51,744 bases of DNA from Macrostomum lignano (Eukaryota): NCBI GenBank assembly GCA_002269645.1, contig NIVC01000802.1, positions 1-51,744 of the forward strand, given 5' to 3'. Below the pieces are notes generated by a model. That model was not told the origin of the DNA. It ran no database searches and saw only the letters and a program-made list of their open reading frames with translations. Both the position numbers and the translations under genes were made by a program. Shown here in pieces: positions 1-11,348 of this stretch (positions within the stretch are counted from its first letter, which is position 1; each line of letters opens with the position of its first letter).

Positions 1-32
1 GCAGCTCAGTTAGGTAATCTTCTTGTTGCCAA

Positions 33-425
33 AGCTGAATCCATTTCTGAAGCCTGAATCCATTCCTGAAGCCTGAATCCGTTCCGAAGCCTGAATCCAT
101 TCCTGAAGCCTGAATCCATTCCTGAAGCCTGAATCCGTTCTCGAAGCCTGAATCCATTCATGAAGCCTGAATCCATTCATGAAGCCTGAATCCGTTCCGA
201 AGCCTGAATCCGTTCCCGAAGCCTGAATCCGTTCCTGAAGCCTGAATCCGTTCCTGAAGCCTGAATCCATTCCTGAAGCCTGAATCCATTCCTGAAGCCT
301 GAATCCGTTCTCGAAGCCTGAATCCATTCATGAAGCCTGAATCCGTTCCCGAAGCCTGAATCCATTCCCGAAGCCTGAATCCATTCCTGAAGCCTGAATC
401 CGTTCCCGAAGCCTGAATCCATTCA
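33..425. repeat. Minisatellite, ~19-bp unit GAAGCCTGAATCC(A/G)TTCCT
   Basis: About 20 tandem copies with 18-20 bp length variants. It explains the three overlapping repetitive minus-strand ORFs. Confidence 0.95.
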
Positions 426-2632
426 GGGGCAATACTCTCTATATTTATGCAAGTTGTACTAGCGATGTACATAGAGAGCAAACGTACATTAAAGCGATAC
501 CATTGCTAGCAAAGTAGCAAAGTAGCAAAGTCGCAAAATCTGCGTAATAGTTCAATAACTGCCAATAAGGCAAGGCATAAAACAATTCTACACTCTCGAA
601 GTTTTAATTCCAAAAGTCAGCAAGCGGACCAATCTTCGGGAACCCGTTCTGGTCGACATTCTGGGCTCGGTGTTGCCGGCTGTGCAGGAAAGGCTCTGTA
701 GAAGTCAGGCTTGTCTCACCCATAAGCTACAAAAACATTATCACTGACTAATATTCCCAAGTGCCGCACCCAACTCAAAGCACTGCATAGCTGAGTTTCC
801 AAATGCGCAGTTGCCAGATTTTGTTGCCTTAAAAAAATTCTTTCAACTTTTGGCTTCAAGTGCTACACTCCACGCTCTGATATCAATGCAATTCCCTAAT
901 TTCCTAACCTAAACCTAAGTCCTATTCCTAATTGTTCCTACGATAGTCCCTAAATGACAGTTGATTATCATCCTTATACATCTTCATCTTCACCATGAGT
1001 GAGTTGCCAGAGCTGCGATATTTGGTGAGTGGGCTATACTGGTTGTCGCGGTGCTGGTGAAAAGTCTCAAGCGTCTCGCAGGGTGAGCTGCGAAGTTGGA
1101 GTACAACGGAATGGCGCTGGAATGGTTTCTGTCAGTAGCTGGGCTCCCGGATTGCGGCCGATTGTCGGCGATGCCGATAGGCAGAGGACCCTTTCTAATC
1201 CTTCAGCATGCCTTTTTTAGAACTAATTAGCACATTTCACGGCTCCTGCACCGATATCTATTCTTTGAGGGTTCACGTCACGTCTCTTATTTACAGGGGA
1301 GATTTCCCAGTGCAGGATTTCAGTTATAAAACTATGCAAATCGGTTAAAGCAGTCTGATTTTTCGATGATCAGCGCAATAAGTGACAATATTGTGATGAT
1401 AAACAAGCTTTATCAAAGAGGATGCAGAATAACAAGCAACTGGGGGGGGGCTGCTGAGGAGCCTCAGGGTACGACAAACTAGCCGAAACCAATTTTTTGT
1501 TTGAAAAATTGTTAGAATCATAAGAGAATGACTTTGAAAACAATGATAAAAACAGGATACTTCACTGATAGGTAAAATCCATATCAAAATCAAAAGCAGA
1601 AACGGCCCACTCTTAGAAAGAGTTAGATAAACATCAGCCATTGTGAAGCGTTTGTTGAGAGTCAGGGCCAGTTGGGGTATGTTGGGGTCAGAGAGTACTC
1701 ACTGAACAACTTTGAAGGACCAATTAACGCGAATAATCTTACAAAACAAAAGGGAAGCAGAGGTAACGTTCTGTAGTGTACCTTTAATATAAAGTTACCG
1801 AGGGTGTTCCGTCATTATAGACCAATACACAACCAAAATTAGAAAATAACTTGTTTCGTCCGGGTGGATTGAAAATACGGAAACCTTTCAAAGTTGGTCT
1901 CTAAACTAACATCGAATCCTCAACAGAACAGAGCAAAATGTATTTGAACAGAACAATGAATGAAACTCAAACTTTTGGAAATGAAGATATTGGAATAATC
2001 ACAGGTAATAAAATATACACAAAATGACCCCATTAAATAAAAAATCCAGATCCTGGATTCCGGATTCCAGATGGATTTCCACTCCAGCTTGCTCTGTTAA
2101 AGACTCCTTGACAGTAAGGCTGCGGTAGAATAGCTGCGGGTACATGAAGTATGTGCTGCAACTGCCTTTAAAGGGATGTCAGCAGCGTAAGCGCTGGAAT
2201 GGAACCCAAAGCACGGCAGCGGACCAGAGCGTCTGGAATAGATATCTGGCTTAGCTGACCGGACCAGTCGACTAGGAACGCCGAGACATCCCAGTCTAAC
2301 CGCCTGCTTAGTGTGAACCGACTTGGCGTTCATCTTAGCATGTTTTTAACTGAATGAATTGCAGTTCTAAGCAAAATAGGGAATAAAGCTCAAAAGCTGG
2401 GTAGGATGGCTCGGCGTTTCTAGTCAACTTGTTTGACCGGCTATTGATTCCAGTTGGTTTGGTCGGATAAAAATATCTACGTGGAAATATTCATAAGCAT
2501 CTCTTGTTCAAAAAAATTATTGAAAAATGAATGATTCAAAGTTGTAAAACGATGGAATTTTGCAGCTGTTCAAACTCGCAGGATTACTCGGTCGTAGCAC
2601 CAAGCAATTCTTGCTAGGAAACCCAACACCGG

Positions 2633-5600
2633 TCAGTTTAGAAAACGTTTGTATTTTTCTTCAAGCCATGGCGGTACGTCACCCAGTACCTTGGAACTTC
2701 TTCTCCGCAACATCCTCAGCAGTTGCAGATCTTCGCAACTCTCCACAGCCACAACCAGCTCCTGTTCATCAGCATCTTCTCTTTCCGCAACATCTCGAAT
2801 CCAGTCTCGGGTGATCGCGTCCATCGGCTCTTCTAGCTCTAGTCGGAGAGCATGGAACAGGGCTTCAAAGTTCATGTACTGTAAGCCGATGTAATGCTTA
2901 ACAACTAGAGGAAATACATTGGCAATATTTTTATTTCTAAAAGGAAAAATCGGACGCCGATTAGTGCGAAAGCAAAGCTTCAAAACAGAGTCTTGACTCT
3001 TCAGGTGCTGCAAAACGAACTCCACAGTCGCTTCGCTGGCTGATCTTTCAGCCGGCCAATCAATGCCTCTACTTGCGCTGAAGCCCTTGAGACTTTTCAA
3101 AATATCCGCTGCAGCGTCTCTTTTACCCAACTGAAGGCAAATAATTGCTCTGACAGACTCTCGCGCTGATCGAGCACAGTCTGGGAGCTTGTCAATCAAA
3201 TCCATGAGAGACTCTGCATTGCCGTCCACAGCTGGCAGACGACGCATGGCTTCCAACAGCACGTCATAAATCTCATGGTACTCGCACTTGGTGGCGCTTG
3301 AAACACGCGTGCTATGATGAGCTGGAAGTAGCGAAAGAATTAGGAATGGATTGAAGTAAAATCGACCGAATTCATTGATTGGTTGCAGACTGTCCTTGAA
3401 ATAAATTAGCAGCTCAGGCAGCCTAGCGACAATGTCCTTCGCTGCACTTGATGCTTGGTGCAGTGATTCCCGCACACTGTCGGCTGAGTTTGGGTCCGCG
3501 CCTTTTAGGTAGACAGCTGCATCGCTCAAGAAGAAGTGGTCCATAATCCGACAATCCAAATAGCCTGACCTACAGGCGTTCTCAACACTGTCAATCAAAA
3601 TCTGCAGCGAACGTCTCGTGAGATTCACCAGGTTCTCTGATTTCCACTGATCAGGTGGCGTCTCTTCTAGCATACGGAACGTGATTGTCTTTGCATGATA
3701 CGTCCTGAAGCCATTGTGGCAGATTGCCTTTTTGAGTAGCCACTTCAGAATGACAAACATTTGACCCTGTAGAGTGGTCAGATTTCGTAACAGCCGCCTC
3801 TCAAGGAAGCTGGTGCTCACTCGAAGCTGCTCACCGGCCTTACCAGGGGGAGCTGCGTGCACTATGTGACAGGGTGACGAGGCTGAAGTAACATCGCGCT
3901 GGATCGACTGCAGCACGGCTGGGAAGATGTTGGACTTCGCAACTCTGTCTGGCTGCAGTGGAGCAATAGGCGGGTAGCGGCAGAGGCGATGCGCCGGCAC
4001 CTCGTCCAAAGTCGGCCTCTGGTTGAACCCCAGATATGAGCGGGCTGGATTCGACGCTGAAATTTTTGGATTGTACTGCTTAGGTATGTATGCTTGTATG
4101 TATGCTTGTCTGATTAATGCTCTATTTCAAAACAATGTAGTAGCGGAGAAAGTGACATCAGCACTCTTACCAAATCCAGAGCACAAAATGTGCCCCTTGC
4201 AGTACTCTACTGTCCGCTCACTTCTGTCAGCGCACTCGCAAAAGTCTTTCAGGTGAAAGGGTTTTCCATGAGTGAGCCACATCACATCAACGTCAGAGTC
4301 GAAGTCAGTTCTGCCATCCAGAGTGACCAGGCTGTTGCCCCAGCCTTCAGCGAAGCTGCCTACGACAAAGTACTCGTCCGTATGATATCTTTTAAAAAGA
4401 ATATCTTGAAGAAAATCTGCGGTCGAGCTTTGAAAAACAGCACGGGATTGCACGAAACCCGATTTAGACAGGGCTAAGTGAAGCAGCTGGCTTAGTTCCT
4501 CATCACTGTGCGTCTGTCTGTAGGATGAAAGCAGTGGTAATATATGTTTCACATGCGCTCGAAAATCGGGCGTTAAGATAAAGAATTTTAAGTCAGTAGC
4601 TCGTAGATGACATGCAGTTTGCACATCGACAAACATCCAGCGAGGGGAAAGTAACTATGGACGTTCCTCGGACGGCACCTAAGCACGAGCACGCGCGAAT
4701 ATGTACTCAGGCACACACGCAGAGCTGTATATCTGCTCTCAGCATCGTCTGTATGTGTATTCTGAAGCTTGAGGGTCGGTCCACATGAGTGAAAATCGCA
4801 CGAGCCTTCAGGCCAGCACCTGAGTCCTGAACCTGCGTAATATGGCCCATGCTGCGTGATGTAACCCAAGAAGTGAGCGCGAGGGTTGGATTCATTCTCC
4901 CTCCCAGCTACCCAAAAGTGATCAAATTAGCTATCGAAAATGCAGCACTTACTTTTCAACGTTTATTCCAGAGTCATCCAGTGACGTGGCAGCATGAAAC
5001 AGTTCCACAACACGGTCATTCTCAAACTCTTCGGCACATCTCAGACCCTGTTTTAAATAGCTGGCTTGAATGCCATTACGAATGCAGAACTCGATAATTA
5101 ACTTGACAGTCTGATAGTGATTGTTTTGTGAAGCAATATCTAAAGGTGTCTTTCCTGCGCCATTTGCACTGGTGACATCGGCTTGGGCTTTCAAGAGAGA
5201 CTCGACTACTTGGTAATGCCCTTGCTGACACGCTGCGAATATCGGTGAGCAGCCTTTAGAATCTTGAAGATTTACGTCAGCTTTTCCTCTGATTAGTGAG
5301 TTCACCACCTTTAGATAACCCTGCTCTGAAGCGATGTATAGGGGCGAAAACCCATCAAAATCCTGAAGGTCGACATCAGCTTGTGCTTTAATGAGCAATT
5401 CTACTGCTTGATACCGATCCTCAAGCGAGGCAACGTACAGTGGCGTGGAGCCGATCACTGTTTGAAGATTTACTTCAGCTTGCGCTCTGACTAGCGACTC
5501 AATAACCTTGCAATGACCCTCCTGCGCCGCCATGTAAAGAGGAGAACAATAGGCAAGATCAATATCGGCTTGGGCTTTTATGAGAAGCTTAGCCACTTGA

Positions 5601-5976
5601 TGATGACCGTGCTGCGATGCTGCAAAAAGAGATGATTTTCCCTCACGTGTTTGAAGATTGACATCGACTTGTGCATGAATTAGTAGCTCGACAATTGAAA
5701 AAAAGCCTTGGTATGAAGCTAGATACAAAGCTGAGATGCCGTCGCTGTTTTGCCTATCCAAATCCACCTTTGCTTCAATTAATATGATGAGGAGATCTGT
5801 CCTTTCTAAGTCGCATGCAATCATTGCCGGCGTAAAATGTTTACCTTTATACACAATAAATGGTCAACACATTTTCCGCCAGAAATAATACTTTGAACAG
5901 CGCCCGAGTTGTTAGAGGCCAGAGCTGAAATCAACTCATCTTCCGTGGGCTCTGCCGAAGGTTCGTTGCCCGGCAT
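2633..5976 (-). CDS. Ankyrin-repeat + Mab-21/cGAS-like nucleotidyltransferase (cGLR-type), 3 exons
   Basis: Exon 1 is 5976/5824..4953 (about 8 ANK repeats of the GxSPLYxAxxxGHxxVVxxLI type), with donor GTAAGT at 4952. Exon 2 is 4517..4171 (acceptor ctacag; VVGSFAEG...DFDSDVDVM NTase motif), with donor GTAAG at 4170. Exon 3 is 4056..2633 (acceptor tttcag; TLDEVPA third acid, QLRVSTSFLERRLL, TYHAKTITF and HFF Mab-21 motifs). Splice phases 2 and 1 join in frame. The product is 880 aa from ATG 5824, or 931 aa from ATG 5976 if a 1-nt frameshift near 5860 is corrected. Confidence 0.88.
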
Positions 5977-6553
5977 TTCAGCGGGTCACAGGTGTATGTA
6001 TGGTTGCGGAGAGCTGCTATCTCGACGTTAAGTAACCATTGAGCTCTGGATTCTCTACTCCTGTCCGTATATTTATCATATTTATATCCACCTACTGAAG
6101 CATGGGTACGAACAACTGCTAGCTACAAAAGGCAGTGATGCGAAAACAACAATAAGTGTGCAGCAGCCCAAACCGCCTGGGGTAGAAAGACCGAGACGAG
6201 AGTCATTAGAGAAGTGCATACAAGCTATCAGCCAGCGTTTAATAATGTTTTGCAACCGTTTGTGTGTCGGTGAGCCTCAACAACTACAATTGGGTGTTGA
6301 ACTGCCCCACTCACATGCTGCCATAAACTGCCATATACTCGCGTACGCTTGCACTGACATAAAATGCGACTCCTTAAGAGACTCTACTTTGGTATGCTAA
6401 CTTATGGCCATTTCCATTATTCACCCAAGAAATCGTCATGCCTTCCAAAAAACCTAAAATTTAAATTCTTCAGAATGAGGAACGCAGAGTCCTTGTGAGA
6501 CTTAATACTCCTAAAGGTATAAGTTGCTCAGCGCAATAGTAAGCGGTTCAATA

Positions 6554-7002
6554 AGTGAGGGGCTCAGCGCGGTAGTGAGGGGCTCAGCGCGGTAGTGAGG
6601 GCTCAGCGCGGTAGTGAGGACTCAGCGCGGTAGTGAGGGGCTCAGTGCGGTAGTGAGGGGCTCAGTGCGGTAGTGAGGGGCTCAGTGCGGTAGTGAGGGG
6701 CTCAGTGCGGTAGTGAGTCGCTCAGCGCGGTAGTGAGGGGCTCAGTGCGGTAGTGAGGGGCTCAGCGCGGTAGTGAGGGGCTCAGCGCGGTAGTGAGGGG
6801 CTCAGTGCGGTAGTGAGGGGCTCAGCGCGGTAGTGAGGGGCTCAGTGCGGTAGTGAGGGGCTCAGCGCGGTAGTGAGGGGCTCAGTGCGGTAGTGAGGGG
6901 CTCAGCGCGGTAGTGAGGGGCTCAGTGCGGTAGTGAGTCGCTCAGCGCGGTAGTGAAGGGCTCAGTGCGGTAGTGAGGACTCAGCGCGGTAGTGAGGGCT
7001 CA
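6554..7002. repeat. Minisatellite, 20-bp unit GCTCAG(C/T)GCGGTAGTGAGGG
   Basis: About 22 head-to-tail copies with no unique spacers. Confidence 0.95.
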
Positions 7003-8074
7003 AATTTCATGGAACTCAGCTCGATAGTGTCAGTCGTGTCGTGAACAGAGATTTGGAGCTCATCAACAGTAGAACTATACCAAGGGTGTCACCTGGCTAA
7101 GGTGCTTACGGCGTCGAGGTGGTGAACGCTTGAGAGATTAGCTGAGGATGTCCAGCAGTTGATGTTTGCTCACCGCCGAGGCTTGATCAGAAAAACTGGA
7201 GAAATTCGCAACAGGGTGTCCATAGCCACCTAGTGCCACTTTTGAATGTCCAAAAGCTCCGCGTGGGTGAAGGCCAGTGACCAACAAAGCCAGATACTAG
7301 GAGAACGTGGTCGACGCGCTGATGAAAGTTGAAGGCTTGTTAAGGCCGCACTGAGACGCAGTGCTGATTGCCGCACAGGGGTGTACTAAATACACTAATC
7401 CGACCTCCTGGCAGAACTTTGGATTATCTCGATGGTCTGCATTCTTGTGTCAGAAGGTGTGCAACAAAATTCAGCCCATGTTCTTGAAGTTCATGTGCCT
7501 GCGTTGCTTTGTGTTGCTTATTTTACGCTGTCTTTATCCAAGGATAATAGAATTTTGCATCAAGTAGCAGCAACAATGTTTCAGATGTTCCTCAGGCGGT
7601 GTTCACGAGTATTATTATTTTAATTTCATTGTTAGCAACCGCATCAAGGTCTTGTACGGGCTGATAGCAAAATAATTGTAACAGCTATTGCAACAGCTTC
7701 ACGTGTGTCGATTTTCTGCCCAACACCAAGGACTACTCTAGTGGACTACATTAGTAGTCCTTGTCCAAAAGACGGCTACGAATCATTTAAAATTGATTGA
7801 TATTTCTTTGTAGAAATTCAAAAAGCACTGCTAAAATCGTGCTGCGTACTTTCAGTGTATTCAGATATTGACCCGTTTTATCAAACTGTTTCATTTTGTC
7901 CATTGTTAACAAGCGAAAACATCCTAAAAACATCTTATCGCATAAATATAACTAAAGTAGGAACAAACAGATCCGTACTAGAGGAATACAGAATGGTAAC
8001 AATATGCTCTAGTACGTGTTAAACATCACAACAGGTCCTCGACATCAGCAAGCCACTAGCAGTTTATAGTTCAC

Positions 8075-9271
8075 TCAGTCTTTTATACTGCCAATTTGCC
8101 AAAGATACCAAACCCTGCACAGGCCGCAGATGCCTCTCAGCAGCAGGTGGTGAGCGTGCTGCAGGCGAGCCAGTCCGATGTACCGAGCCCTCAGAAACAT
8201 GATACCGAAATTCCCCGACACGAATCGCAGGTTGTCGGCGCCCAGCCGATCTGCCCGCATGATGAAGAGGCGACGGTAGAAAACCTGCAGCGATTCCAGA
8301 GCCTGCACACTGGCCTCGCTGGCCATAATTGGAGCCTTCACGCTTAGAGCCGAATTCGTATCCCAAATCACGCACCGTCAGTTGGAATCTCATTTGGCGG
8401 GCTCTGGGGTAAGCAATACTGACCGTCCGAGCTGGTTAGCAAATTCTTGTCGCACTTTTTCACACAAATATGTTCCGTTTGCAGACGCCATCAAGCGCAC
8501 GCCGCGGCAAGCGGAGCAAGCCTCGGGCCTGCCGGAGCAGCCGCCTACGCACTGGCTATCGCAGCACTCCTCCCTACCCGTGTCCGGATCGCGGTAGCAG
8601 CTGCTGCACTGGAACCGCTCAAGGCAGCCATGAAAGCTCTGGCAGCCATTGGGCCCGCCTAAACCAACACAGCTTCTTTTCCGAGGCCTGCGGGCTGCAG
8701 TTGGCATGTCAGCTGGCCACCGACGAGCAGGCGGTGTTGACCGCATCAAGGTGACCTGCCCGTCGCCGATGGTTAAAACGGAGGTCTGATCGATAAATTT
8801 ATGCTTAAATTTGCCGCAACTCAGCAGCAAGTTGGCCCAGTCGATCGAGCGCCGACAGATAGCAGTACAGGCTGGCGCTCAGCTGAGCAGCTCCAGCCGA
8901 GTCGGATACATTGGCTGCATCACCTGTAGAACGTAGAACTAGCCTCTTGTCTCCAGGTTTTTGCCCTGAATGATGCGCAGACTCCGCAGGCTGATGCGCT
9001 GCAAGTTGACCCGCCTGATCACCAGCTGGCCGCTGATCTCCTCGACAGAGTCCAGGAAGTCAGTGCGCAGCTTGATGATGACGTTGACCAGCGGTGCTTC
9101 GGTAATCGGGTTGACGCCAAAGTTCTCGACAACGAGGTCGCCGAGCACGTACTGGCAGCCGGCTACGGTGCTTGACAACCGGGCGTGCAGGCTGCTGACA
9201 TAGATGCTGTGAACCAGTGGGACAAAGTTGGAGGGTGTCTGAAGTACTGCGATGAGCGACCTCACCCTCAA
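8075..9271 (-). pseudogene. Disrupted EGFR/insulin-receptor-like ectodomain (receptor L domain + furin-like Cys-rich + partial second L domain)
   Basis: Visible motifs are GCQYVLGDLVV...DFLDSVEEISGQLVIRRVNLQRISLRSLRIIQG (L domain), SIDWANLL, and CSSCYRDPDTGREECCDSQCVGGCSGRPEACSAC (furin-like). A TGA at 8711-8709 lies where Cys is expected (ACSSVAS*HANC), and several frame changes are needed to join the motifs. No TM or kinase domain is seen nearby. Confidence 0.7.
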
Positions 9272-10163
9272 AGCAGTGTATATTTGGGTGCAGCTATGAA
9301 ACTATGCGATCATTTCTATGGTAAAGCCTAGTTAGTGCGGCTTTATAAAAACTGCAGAATTCACTTGAAAGAAAATTTGTACACTCGCACTGAAATCGAA
9401 TATCTATGGCAGAGAATGGAAGGATTCTTGAACACTAACGAGTGCGAGACTTTGTCCATGGTAAAAATTCACTTAAGTAACATTAGCTAATCTTAAAGGA
9501 ACGAGTTTTTCATTCCTGCACGACCAGACAAATTTATTTTTAGACACAACATATTAACATGAAAGAAGATAAACATCAAAGCGACGAGACAAACGAAGAG
9601 CAAACAGTTAATGAGTCTACACTCAAATCATTCTCAAACTCCACTCGAAAATGAACTGCACAGCATTTGGTTTCGTCAAGCGTGCACATGGTTTCCGGAT
9701 CCGAGCTGACAAGTTACTCTAATTCTTAGTCAAACATGAAATCCACAACCGATCCAGCCTTCATCGCTCGCCTTCTCAAATTTGCTTTAAGCAGCTTCGA
9801 TAAACAATTCTTCTTCACTAGATCCACACACTGTTGCGTTGCGCATATCAATTAGTGGAGGACTCTGAGACAAGTCGATTACAGATGCGATCGTTGAAGC
9901 TAAGTTGAGCTTTATAACATTGCCTATAGACTGTCCGTGGTCAAAAGACAATGATCTTTGGCAAACCGTGCGTCTATGACAAAATGCACTCGTTTTTCGT
10001 GCGCAGGATTGTGGGATTGCGCAACTGTCCATGGTTTAAAGAAATGAAAAGAGTACAGAGAAAACGTCAATGATGTCGATGCACTGCCTTCAATTGCATT
10101 ATATTTCAATTATTCGTATATAGCCATACCAGAACTTACATTGAAAACTAACAGAAACAACAT

Positions 10164-10523
10164 GGGGCCGTAGCCCAGTGGTCAAGTGTGGTGCTCTGAT
10201 GTGCCAGCGGCCCAGGCTCGATTCCAAGTGCAGTCACATTAATTTGGGGCTAAATTGGAATCTCGGCTTGGGTCAGCTCATGCAATTAACGCACGACGCC
10301 CCCAAGCTCCAAGGCACAGTGAATGAAGTGTACATTCCTAATGATAAAAAAGTTAGGGCCGCTGTACACTCCTATGTGAGTGTGTGCCTGTGCATATCCG
10401 CACGCTTGTGTGCCTGCTCAGGGGAGTCAGCGGAATGGGCAGCAATGCCGCTCGCCGGTTGGGTGACAATGTCGCTTAAAGTGCGCCAGGGTGCACACAG
10501 CCCCCAGCCTTTAACTAAAACAA
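10164..10523 (+). mobile_element. tRNA-derived SINE, copy 1
   Basis: Pol III A box TAGCCCAGTGG (10171-10181), B box GGCTCGATTCC (10215-10225) and an A-rich tail. Flanking direct repeat AAACAACAT at 10155-10163 and 10524-10532. A homologous copy lies at 33223-33581. Confidence 0.85.
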
Positions 10524-11348
10524 AAACAACATAAAATTCGGCTCAGTAGTCGGTTCTCAAAATTAGAAAAATTAATTTGTTAAAAATGCTCTACCAACAC
10601 AGCACAGCGGAACGCGGCGTTGCATATGATTAAAATACCTGATAGGAGCTCAGTAGTAGAAAAATGGTACGGTCTGCCGCACGTCGCTGATTGGCTGGGG
10701 CAGGCCGCAGGTGGGGTGGGGTAGGCCAGAGGCGGGGTGCGGCAGGATAGAGGGGGTCGAGCAGGCTGGGGGTGAGGTGAGGTAGGATGGAAGAAGGATG
10801 GGGCAGCCCAGAGGTGGGGTTGGACAGGAGGGGTGGGGAAAGCCAGAGGAGGGGTCAGGCAGGTGAGTGTCTGGAAGTGGGTGAGTGTCCATGGGTTGAG
10901 TGTCATTCACCCGTGTGTGGTGAGGGGTTTCAATGTGGTTTCAATGTGATTGGTCGGAAAGGGGCATGTGGTTCGCAACTGCATAGAGGTGCCGATGACT
11001 TGGAATTTCCGAGTAGTGGAAGGGCCTACGGAAGGGTTCGATTTCTGAGTAGAGAGGGGTTTCTATTGGTTGGCAGGCTTTGGTATCAGGGGTTCGGAGT
11101 CGGACCCAACGCGGAAGGGCTCTATATAAACAAAGTACCCGAGGCTCCTTGTGTTCATACAATTTTTTTGATAAAATCATGCGTTTAGCAAACAGTGGAA
11201 TGTCTGTCTTGCAACGAAAGGATTGCCAACAGCAATCACTTTATGCTGACCGAACCCTCTCGTCCGACCTGGGGTTTACCGAAGTGAAGACAGTGCCACA
11301 GCGGTATGGCAACCAGTCAGCTAAATTATAATCAAGCGCAGGCCGCGG

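Noticed and set aside
10-481. Repetitive ORFs (also 14829-15323, 16152-16772, 19982-20518, 23683-23922, 45965-46344)
   Set aside because: They are translations of micro- or minisatellites with no coding signal.
2633-4636. Bacterial CBASS/CD-NTase or horizontal transfer
   Set aside because: The gene has canonical spliceosomal introns and metazoan Mab-21-type C-terminal motifs, and no effector operon is present.
7000-7620. Possible transposase or retroelement remnant
   Set aside because: Short coding-looking stretches, but I could not assign any motif with confidence.
9787-10032. Upstream exon of the EGFR-like gene (…RNATVCGSS…)
   Set aside because: Weak resemblance only, and I could not find phase-consistent splice sites.
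10164-10240. Functional tRNA gene (also 33500-33580, 40616-40680 and a lone GGTTCGAGCCC near 21819)
   Set aside because: A/B boxes are present but no proper cloverleaf or acceptor stem is evident. Two of these continue into a repeat body with tail and TSD, so they are SINE heads.
10690-10930. G-rich tract as a regulatory G-quadruplex or Pro-rich gene
   Set aside because: Low-complexity purine-rich DNA with no supporting gene structure.
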